Source of the DNA: Mantamonas sphyraenae STR306
Lineage: Eukaryota; Protista; CRuMs
Direction of reading: 5' to 3'
Length of the DNA: 64,000 bases
NCBI GenBank assembly: GCA_026936335.1
Contig: JAPMXV010000005.1
Coordinates: 248,001-312,000, forward strand
The notes beneath the pieces were generated by a model that saw nothing but the letters and a program-made list of their open reading frames with translations, was not told the DNA's origin and searched no databases. Made by a program: the position numbers and the translations under genes. Position 1 is the first letter of the stretch, and each line of letters opens with the position of its first letter. Positions 55,271 to 64,000 of this stretch are shown here, piece by piece.

Positions 55271-58200
55271 CTACAGGTACAACTCGTGCACGTCGTCCTT
55301 GCTGAATCCCTTGCCACAGCCGGGACAAATGCGGTTGCGAGACTGGATGCGCTCGTTCACGCAGTAGGAACAGAACACATGGAAACACCGCGTAATCACC
55401 GTGTCCTTGTCTCGTGTGTTGCACACCTGACACTGCTGCAACTTCTTGTACAGCGCCAGCTGTTCGCTCAGCGACTCGGTTTCTTCGCTCAAGCCCGAGT
55501 TCTTGCGCAGTTTGTGCAGGCGCCGCTTCACCTTGCTCAGCTCCTCCCGCGTCCGCTCCAACTTGCTCTCCGCCTCCTTTGCACGCTCCAGATACTCGTC
55601 CACCTGTGCCATCGTCGTTTTGACCTTTTCCTCGCTGTCCCTCGCAACTCCCATCAACTGGTTCTTTTCGAGCTCTCGTCCCTCCTGCATGCGCCGCAGC
55701 TCCTCCATGGCACTCGTCAGCGCCTTGTTTTCCTCCAGCAGTGCCGTTCTCACCTGTTCCCCGTTCGTCAACTCTGCCCGCAGCGTCGCAATTACCGTTT
55801 CCTGCTCCTTGCCCTTGGTCGCCATCAGTTTCACCGTCTGCTCCAGAGCATCCTTCTCCGCCACCACCTTGCGCTGTTGGTTCTTTTCCATGATGCGGTC
55901 GCTCATCAGCTGGTCCACGCTGTCGTTCTTCGCCCCCAATTCATGCATCATCCGTGCATTCTGCTCCTGCACGCTCGTGTAGTCCATGCTGATCGCGTCG
56001 ATTTCCGCCATCAGGGCGTTGTACTCCTCCTTGGCGTTCTTCAAACTCGCCTGCTGCGTCTTTACCAGCGTTTGCAATTCCTCCACCGACCCCGGTGTCT
56101 GGTTTGCCGTCGACGCTGCAGACGTCGAAATACGCTCCTTCAACGCCTTCAGCTCGGCCTGCGTCTCCGCCACTTCCTCCTCCAGCTGCTTCTCGTGCTT
56201 TCGCACTTCGTGCAGCTCCCGCTTGTCCTTTGACGCGCTCTGGAACACGCTCAGCGTCACCTGCAGATCGCGTTCACGCTCCTTCCACTCCTTCTCTTTC
56301 TGTCGGATCACCTCCAGCAGTTCTCGCGATGACTTGCCCTGCAGCGACTCCACCAGGCTGCTCTCGCCTTCAACATCCATCCCGCTGCCGCCACCGCCAC
56401 TGCTGCTGCTGCTGCCATCATTTCCGCTCATCGCTGCCTCCAGCTGTTTGTTTGACATGTCGGTGATGTCGATGCCATGCTCTTCCAGGCGTTTGCGCAG
56501 CTTCTGTACCTCTCCGTACAGTCGCTTCTTTTCCCCTTGCAGCGACTTGATCATCTGGTCCATTTCGTCGCGCAGCCGCTTGCCCTCCTTGCTCTTGCTG
56601 CTGTTCTTCAGAGTGTCCACCTGGAACTGCAACTGCGTGCGCTCCTCCTCCAGCGCCTTTACCTGGGTCGTCAGCTCCGCCACACGCCCTTCCATCTGTG
56701 CCCGTGCTGCATCGAATGCCCCGCTCAGATTGCTCACTTGCTTCTGGTGCTCGATGCTCATGGCTGCGTTTGCGTTGCGCAGTTCCTCGCACTTTGCATT
56801 CAGCTGGTTGCTGTTGTAGCTCAACTGCTGGAAGCTCAGTTGCAGTGCCTGGTACACCTGACTCGCCTGCACCTTTTGTTCGTCCACCATCGACCGCTCA
56901 TGCTTGTACTGAGCCACCTCTCGCTCCAGGTTCATCTTGCTCTCCCGCAACGAGTTGATTTCATCCAACCTTTGCTCCGCCGTGCGACGCAGCTCCGCCA
57001 GCGCCTCCTTGCCCGCCTGGTCCAGCGATCCTCCTTCCACGTCCATCTCTGCACCTTCGCCTCCAGCCACTCCTGCCCCGCCGCTCGCTGCCGCCGCCGC
57101 TGTGTTGGCCGCCTCCTGCGCTGCTTGCTCCGCCAGCACTTTCATCTTGGCCAACTGTTCGTTCAGTTCACTCACCACACGCGACAGAGTTTCCACCTTG
57201 CGCTCTGCATACAACAGCGCCGTCGACGTGTCCTCCAACGTGTTCTTGGTTTCCAGCAGCTCCGCCTCCAGCACTCCCTGTGCCGCCTTGGCTTGCTCCT
57301 GCACCTTGGTCACCTTGGCCAGTTCCACTACGTGTTGCTCCAGCGCACTCCGCGTCGCTTTTACCTGAGCCTCTGCCTCGGCCACCTTTGCGGCCACCGC
57401 CGCGCTGTCTCCGCTCTTCAGCCCTTCCACCGTCTCTGCAAACCGTTTCCGTTCCGCGGACACTGCGTTCACCACCCGTGCAAACAGCTCCTTTGTGGCT
57501 CCTGCTCGCTTGCGAAACGCCTGTCCCAGCAAATGTGCGTCAGCGTCGTTCCGTCTCCCGTGTTTCTGCTGGTGCTTGCTTCCCACGCCTCACCATACTC
57601 CATCACACCCACGTACCTTGTCCAGACGCACAGCACCTTCACTATTGCTGCTCGTGTCGTCGTTTGATACCTGCAGCAACGTGTATAACGCGCCCTGGCT
57701 CGGTGCTGACGGTGCGGCGACCGTGTTAGCCAGCGATCTTCCGCTTTCCCCGCTCTCCCTGTTCACCTCGGAACGCCTGCACTCACCAGACTCGCTATTT
57801 CCCTGCTTCAGTGCAACCTCTGCCGAACTGTCCACCAGCAGCCACAAGTACTTCAGGTCTTCCACAAACTGCGCACAGAAGATCACGCCACTTCGTGTCA
57901 GCCTCTTCCGACACCTTTCACTCACCACGACACACGTGCCCCCGCCATGCGCACACGCCACAAGCACACACACACACACACACGCACGCATCTCGCCTAT
58001 ATGTCTACAGGCCACACCTCCTATCCCTTGCATTTGGACATTGACCATTGCAGCCACACGTGTCTGTGTGGCCTCGTTTTGTGTGTTGCTCGCTCGCGGG
58101 AAGCGCATTCTGCTCTTCCCGCGTCTCGCAAACGTCAACCCCCATCTCTTCTTCTCCTGTCCAACGTGTCCTCTGGTCACGTATGCACCTTCACTTACCA

Positions 58201-58752
58201 TGTTCCACTCTGCATCCAAGTGTGCCATGGCCATCTCGTGTTTCAGGCTCCGGCTCTCCGCGCGACGTCGCTCCCTCTCCAGCTGCCGAAGCTCCAGCTT
58301 CTGCGCGCGCAGTTTCCCGCTCACAGCTTCCCGCATAAACTTCACCATCTGTTGTCCAGGCAATCACCATGGCCCCATACCACACAAAACAGGATGTCAC
58401 ACATGCACGAGGGATTGCGGCACGCACAAGCCGTCGTCGCACACGCACAACGAACCGGCAAGCGATGGATGTCAGCTCTCCCACGCTTTCCCATTTTCCG
58501 CCCTCGCGTTCTCCTTCCTACCTTGCTCGCACCCACGCCGCCAAACTCCAGCTTGCGCTCCAACTCTTCTTCTGCCGCTGCATCCACACTCTCCTCCACC
58601 GGAAGGCCAATTGCCCCTGCCGAAGGGGTGTTCGACACTTCCACAGCCTGCTTCTTCAACGGCGGCCCCTCCCCTGCAGCAGCCAATCCAGACGCAGCTG
58701 CGCCCTCTACATCCATCCCCTCGCTACTTTTTCGCTTCAACTCCGTGGACAT
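55271..58752 (-). CDS. BRE1: BRE1 (RNF20/40) H2B ubiquitin ligase (multi-exon)
   Basis: Long coiled coil with C-terminal RING CQVCNTRDKDTVITRCFHVFCSYC...RNRICPGCGKGF..DDVHELYL. Confidence 0.88.
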
Positions 58753-58811
58753 GACAAACAAACGCGAGGATTGGGTTGGTTTCTTCATCGACGGCTGCCG
58801 CACCGAGTCTC

Positions 58812-61391
58812 TCAACGACGACGCGCCACCTTGGCCTTCTTCACGCTCTTGGCTCGCGCAGTGGGGCACACGCACAGTTGGTTCAGCGTCGTCGCCTTGC
58901 GAGACACCTTGTTGCACTGCGTACGGCCCTTGCGGCAGAAGCTGTCCTCGATCTTCAGATTGCGCGAGCAGAAGCACTGCTGGCACACCTTTTGCTTCTT
59001 CTTGTTCTTCAGCGTCTTGGTGCTGCAGTGCTTCACACGCTCGCCCTGGTCAGCCAGGCACTTGCAGTGCTTGCGCTGGCCCTTCTTCCCGTTCTTCTTC
59101 CACGAGCACTTGCACAGCGGCGTCGTGCGCTTCACACGCGCCTCCATCTGTGCCTGCAGTGCCTGCAGACCGCTTTCGTACACTTCCATCACCTGTGCAC
59201 GCTCCATCAGCCGCCTCACAGTCTTCTCGTCCACCTTGCCTCCCTTTTCGTGGGCCGCATACGCCTCCGTCAGCTCCTTCACCAAACCCACAACCTGCAC
59301 GCGCGTCTGCACCACAACTCCCTTCACCTCAGCCAGATTGTTGTCCGGTCGCAGCTTGCCCAGCACAAACTTGGCCTTTGTCCACTCCTCCGCCAGCTTC
59401 TTCTTGTCCACAGCCCCGTTCTTCTTCTCCAGCTCAGGAACACGCACGCCCTCCGCCGCCTTCTTGCGTGCGTCAATCATGTCGCGAAGACGCTGCAGCG
59501 TCCCCTCGCCCATCTTTGTCACCTTGGCCAGCTGTGCGTCCAGCGCCTCCGGCTTGAACAGCTTGCGCAGCTTGCTGCCCTTCAGCAGCTTGCCAAGGCG
59601 TCCAATCAGCTCGCGGAACTTGCTCTCAGCGCCACTCACCATCTTCTCCAGCTCGCCCGCCTCGCTCTCGTCCGCCGTCTGGATCATCTTCACCAGTTCG
59701 TCCACGCGTGCACGGCTAAACAGGCCGTACACTTCCTGCTGGATTGCCTCTGCCTCCTGGTACTCCTTCGAGTTCACTGCGTTCAGAAGCTTGTTCTTTT
59801 GCGCGGTTTCAAACGCGTGGCGCGCCTCGGCGTCCTCAAACAGCTTGGCAAGCTGCTTGAAGAACGTCTCGCCTCGCTTCTGCGTGTTGTCAACCAACGT
59901 CTTCACCTGCGCCTCCGTCATCACTCGCTTCATCTCGGGGATGTTCAGCAGGTCTCGCATCTCGTCCAGGTGTGCCAGGAAAAACTCGTACGACCCGTCA
60001 AACGACTCCTTCAGCAGCGCCTTGTCGAACGAGCCGTTCTCCCCGTACGCCTGCTGCAGTGTCTCCATCACAGCCTTGCCCTCAAACAGCGTGCGCATGT
60101 CCGCCATAATCTGCTTCACACGATCCATCGTCGACTTGATCACCGCCGCCGTCTCTGCGTCTTCCTGTGCGCGCACGCGTGCTGCCTCCTCCATCTGCGC
60201 CTCCTGCTCCGGGTTGAACATGTCCTCCTCGCGGCCTGTCTTGCCGCGCACCACGTTCACAATGTCCGTCACCTGGCCAATTGTCTCGCGCACCGAACCC
60301 ACCAGATTCTTCACGTTCGTCCACACCTCCTTGCCTCGCTTGAACAGCGTGCTCACCTTGCCCAAGAACGACTTGCCCGTCAGGCCACCGCTAAACAGAC
60401 GCTTCACCGAGCTCACCACACCCTTGCCCTGCGACAAGATGCTCTTCACCGCGCCCAGCGCTCCCGATGGATTCTTCAGCATGTTCTGCACGCCAGCCAG
60501 CAGCTTGCCGCCCACCGACGCAAACTTGCCTCCAAACAGGCGCTTTCCGTACGCCACCACGCGGTTGGCCGTGTTCATCACCGTGTGCAACAGGCTCTTC
60601 TTGCCAAACTTGCCCAGCACACCCAGGATGGGGCCCTTGACATAGCGCGACACCACCGTGCTCAGCTTGCCCTTCAGGCCCTTGAATGCAACAAGATCGC
60701 GCGCAAAGCTGCCAAACTTGCTCTTGACCGACGTCAGCAGCGTCTTCGGGGCGCCCACAACCTTTTGCCACGAGTACTTGAAGCCCTTGATCTGGCCGAC
60801 CGTGGACTCAAACACGTCGCGGTACTTAAGGAAGGTCTTGCCCAGCTTGGTGCGCATAAACATCTTGCCCAGCTGGCCCTTGATCACGCCGGCCAGCTTG
60901 TTCTTGTCCTTCAGCGTCGACAGAATGCCCTTCAGCGACAGGCGCTCCGTGCCCAGCACGCGCGTCACCTTGTCAAAGATGGAACCAAACGTGTTGGCCA
61001 CCTTGCGGAAGGGCTTGAACTTCATCAGGCGTGCCTTGACCTTGTCCACCAGCTTGTTCTTCAGCTCCTCAAACTTGCCCTTCAGGATGCCCTGGATGGG
61101 TCCTGGGATCTTGCCAAACAGAGCCTGGCCCTTGGCAATGAGCTTGCCCACAGAGCCGCTCAACAGCTTCTGTGCAAACGGAGTCTGCCCCAGCGTGCTC
61201 TTGAACACACTGAAGATCTTCCCCTGCGCAAGGTCGCGCGTCACGTTGATAGCCTTGGTGGCAAAGTTGGCCACCTTGCCCAGCATGCCGCCCAGACGAG
61301 TCACCTTGAGGCCACCGCTCAGTACGTTGAAGCCCTTGGTGACGCCTGCTGCCAGCTTGCCGATGAGCGAGCCGCCCATTTTGCTAGCCAT
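58812..61391 (-). CDS. Lys/Gly/Phe-rich amphipathic + helical + Cys-rich protein; probably the frameshifted continuation of the upstream secreted gene
   Basis: 859-codon ORF from ATG 61391, overlapping the upstream TAG; composition continues that of the upstream ORF; 12-Cys C-terminal domain. Confidence 0.7.
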   Translation of the reverse strand: MASKMGGSLIGKLAAGVTKGFNVLSGGLKVTRLGGMLGKVANFATKAINVTRDLAQGKIFSVFKSTLGQTPFAQKLLSGSVGKLIAKGQALFGKIPGPIQGILKGKFEELKNKLVDKVKARLMKFKPFRKVANTFGSIFDKVTRVLGTERLSLKGILSTLKDKNKLAGVIKGQLGKMFMRTKLGKTFLKYRDVFESTVGQIKGFKYSWQKVVGAPKTLLTSVKSKFGSFARDLVAFKGLKGKLSTVVSRYVKGPILGVLGKFGKKSLLHTVMNTANRVVAYGKRLFGGKFASVGGKLLAGVQNMLKNPSGALGAVKSILSQGKGVVSSVKRLFSGGLTGKSFLGKVSTLFKRGKEVWTNVKNLVGSVRETIGQVTDIVNVVRGKTGREEDMFNPEQEAQMEEAARVRAQEDAETAAVIKSTMDRVKQIMADMRTLFEGKAVMETLQQAYGENGSFDKALLKESFDGSYEFFLAHLDEMRDLLNIPEMKRVMTEAQVKTLVDNTQKRGETFFKQLAKLFEDAEARHAFETAQKNKLLNAVNSKEYQEAEAIQQEVYGLFSRARVDELVKMIQTADESEAGELEKMVSGAESKFRELIGRLGKLLKGSKLRKLFKPEALDAQLAKVTKMGEGTLQRLRDMIDARKKAAEGVRVPELEKKNGAVDKKKLAEEWTKAKFVLGKLRPDNNLAEVKGVVVQTRVQVVGLVKELTEAYAAHEKGGKVDEKTVRRLMERAQVMEVYESGLQALQAQMEARVKRTTPLCKCSWKKNGKKGQRKHCKCLADQGERVKHCSTKTLKNKKKQKVCQQCFCSRNLKIEDSFCRKGRTQCNKVSRKATTLNQLCVCPTARAKSVKKAKVARRR

Positions 61392-62460
61392 GGCCAGACG
61401 CGCGGGTGATGAGGTTCGAGCCCAGGCCTCCCAGCGAGCTGAACATGCCGCTGATACCGCCCAGCGCCGTGCCAATGCCCGGCACAAACGAAAGGATCAT
61501 GGAGCCGATCTTGAACCACTTGCTCTGCATGATCTTCACCGCCCAAGGCGCCACCTTGTTCAGGAAGCCTGCCACCTTGGCGCCGATCTTGGCCACAAAG
61601 CCGCCGACCTTCTTGACAGCCTTCTTGACAAACTTGCCAAACTTGCGGGCGACGCGCTTTACCGTGCGCACTGCCTTGCTGACGAAGCGGCCCACGCTGC
61701 GCACGGCCTTCTTCACGACGCGGCCCACGCGACGCACAACACGGCGGACCGCGCGGGCGATGGGGCGTGCGACACCTGTGGCATTAAGCAGGACGAGCGA
61801 AACGGGCAGAGTGAGCGGCGACGAAGTGGCAACACAGGCCAAATTCCCACGCGGCTCACAAAAAACTCGCGGCGGGATACGCTGGCAGAAAACGTACGAC
61901 GGACGACACGCACGACACGCCGCACAATGCGGCGCACGGGTCGAGCAACCTTGCGGACAACACCTGCAGGGGGAAAAGCAAAGCAATGCAAGGCACCGGC
62001 GTTTGGGGGGGGGAAGCGCGTGTGAGCGGGGCGGGCAGATGGAAAAAAAAAGGGGATGGGGCCACAGGGCCAACGTACGGACGACACGGCGGACAACGCG
62101 ACGTGCAACGCGGGTGACACGGCGGAACCAGCCACGACGACGACGACGACCCCAGTAATCACTGTTGTCATCCATGTCGTACACGTCCGGGTCCTGGAAG
62201 AGCGCATCTTGCACCTCCTCGTCGGCCGAGTACACGTCGCCCTCGTCTTCGTCGTCGTCTCCAGAATCGTCGGATTGCACGGGCAGGTGACGTGCGTACT
62301 CATCGGTACTGTCGAAAGCGTCACTTTCACCCACGTCAGAGCGATCCATGTCTTGGTCAGACACGTCGGACGACGCACTTGCAGACGCACTCGAGCTGTC
62401 GGCCAGAGCGGCAGAAGCCACGAGCAGAAGCATCAGCACAGTCACAAAGTATTTGCTCAT
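61384..62460 (-). CDS. Secreted prepro-protein: signal peptide, acidic prodomain, RRRRR site, cationic amphipathic helix (exons 62460-62079, 61963-61898, 61775-61384)
   Basis: MSKYFVTVLMLLLVASAALA; D/E-rich segment; WGRRRRRGWFRRV...; two GTACGT...CAG introns join the Arg/Val repeats in frame. Confidence 0.8.
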   Translation of the reverse strand: MSKYFVTVLMLLLVASAALADSSSASASASSDVSDQDMDRSDVGESDAFDSTDEYARHLPVQSDDSGDDDEDEGDVYSADEEVQDALFQDPDVYDMDDNSDYWGRRRRRGWFRRVTRVARRVVRRVVRTLALWPHPLFFSICPPRSHALPPPKRRCLALLCFSPCRCCPQGCSTRAPHCAACRACRPSYVFCQRIPPRVFCEPRGNLACVATSSPLTLPVSLVLLNATGVARPIARAVRRVVRRVGRVVKKAVRSVGRFVSKAVRTVKRVARKFGKFVKKAVKKVGGFVAKIGAKVAGFLNKVAPWAVKIMQSKWFKIGSMILSFVPGIGTALGGISGMFSSLGGLGSNLITRASGHG

Positions 62461-62662
62461 GCTTGTGCTGAAGTTTGCGTGTGTGTGTAGGGGGGGGGGG
62501 ATGGGGGTGATGCTCGAAAGAGCAGCAAAAAGGTTTTGTGTGGTTTCTTGGTCGCACCGTCTCATTTGTGCCACTCGAGCGTGACGGAAGGTGGGACGTT
62601 TGGTGTGTGTGTGTGAGAGAGAGAGAGCTGGATTGCAAAACACATTTGCGCACACTCAGTAC

Positions 62663-64000
62663 TCAGGTTTCATTGAGGATGACAAGCGCAGCGACGATGC
62701 TGGTACTGCCCAGGATCTTGAGGCCGACATTGAAGGGGTCCCTGAGTTCGACACGCTCGGAAGCAGTGGTGTTGAGAAAGGTAGGCCAGCCAAAGTTGAG
62801 GGCGAGGGAAGTGAGCCAAGCGAGGACAACGCGGCTCAGGGTGAGCTCGAGGTAGACGACGTTGAGGTCGTAGCTGATGGCCAGGTAGAAGTAGGCCATG
62901 GCGCGTGCATTGAGCATGAATCTGTACATGACGAGATTAAACAGGTTGGCCTCCCGGTAGGTGGCCTTGACGGCTTGGACAAAGGTCTCGTCCAGTTCGG
63001 TGTCGCCGGCGTAGTATCGCTTGAGCCACGGCAGATAGTCAAGGAGGAGAAGAAAGGGCCAGAGGAAGAGGGGAAGGAGCACCTGATCGAGCGAGGTGTA
63101 CCCAAACACGTTGACACGGTACGTGGTGTTGTACAGCACCTGAGACACAAACCAGGTGCTGTACGTCCATAGAATAAGGCTAAACGGAAGCAGGATGCGG
63201 AAGGAGCGTGGCCAAACAATTTGCGCAGTGCAGCGACGATATGAGCAGAGCGGGAAGTTGGGACCTGCGACGTGGGCATGGTGTCACGGAGTGGGCGATA
63301 GGTGGACGAGGACGTGGCGTCGTCCAGTGGCTCTGCAGACTCGTGATCGTCAGAGAGATCCAGCTTCTGATAGCTGGTGGAGGGTACACGTCGCTCGATG
63401 ACACACAGGAAAGCACCGAGGAGGCCGAGAGCAAACACGCCGGCGCCGACGGGTTTCTGGGGCGGAAGATCGAACAGTTCAAACGTTGGGTTGATGAGAA
63501 AGGAGGAGGTGAGGGAAGCCATGACGAGCAAGACCAGGCCGAGAGGTTCGCTGTTGAAAGTGTTTTGACGGCAAGTGTGAGGAAGGACAGAATGGGTACA
63601 GCCGCGGCGTGAACGTGGAAAACACACCGCGCTCGTGAACCGGGGAAGCGGGGGAAAGAGTGCTACGGGGACAACGTACTTGTATAGAACAACCTCGCAG
63701 ACGTAGTAGAGGATGGCAATGGCGCCGTTGATGAGAAGGACGGGATGTTGGGCAATCTTGGAGAACATGGAAAAAGGGCCTTGCGGAGGACACTGAACTG
63801 GGGTGCAAGAGTGCTTTGAACAGTAGTCGGGCGTGTGTCCATCGTAGTCAACCTCTTGATAGCATTGCTGTTGCTCGTTGTGTGCATAGATGGCAGAGGT
63901 GATCGTAGGAAAGCCGAGTTGGAGAATGGCAAAGATGACAAAGACCATGATGGATGAAACGGTAGAGAGAGCAATCAACATATGTCGCTTGGATCTCCTG
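62663..64000 (-). CDS. Multipass membrane protein of unknown family (possibly 5'-partial; apparent frameshift near 63220)
   Basis: Hydrophobic segments in two frames that join if one base is added at cgcaaattg (giving ALRKIVWPRSFRILLPF). Confidence 0.55.

Overview
GC-rich, very gene-dense eukaryotic DNA with short GT-AG introns, many containing (CA)n or (GT)n runs. A DRC11/IQCA1 dynein-regulatory gene points to a flagellated unicellular eukaryote; the taxon cannot be assigned from this window. I count about 29 protein-coding loci and see no rRNA, tRNA, CRISPR array or transposon. Housekeeping genes: Rab5-type GTPase, ALDH3, SEM1, eIF1, glutaredoxin, ABCC and ABCB transporters, ZIP, ZZZ3, fatty-acid hydroxylase, sorting nexin, GGT, SDR, CWC22 and BRE1. 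Most interesting observations: (1) a secreted prepro-protein (62460-58812) with an acidic prodomain, an RRRRR convertase site and an Arg/Val amphipathic helix that, once spliced, closely resembles the designed lytic peptides LBU/WLBU2; (2) a 2371-aa NLR-like CHAT-STAND-TPR-pseudoCHAT-STAND protein; (3) an Abraxas/ABRO1-like MPN- protein with a beta-arrestin-like clathrin-box plus AP-2 tail, head-to-head with a sorting nexin; (4) an acylated adenylate kinase-IQ-paladin fusion; (5) a four-membrane-block pseudo-adenylyl-cyclase next to an EGF/PSI-TRP-like protein; (6) a 2.5-kb tandem duplication that creates a chimeric gene and two mosaic methyltransferase paralogs; (7) co-directional genes only 12-59 nt apart. 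Family calls come from motif recognition by eye, not database searches, and exon boundaries are predictions.
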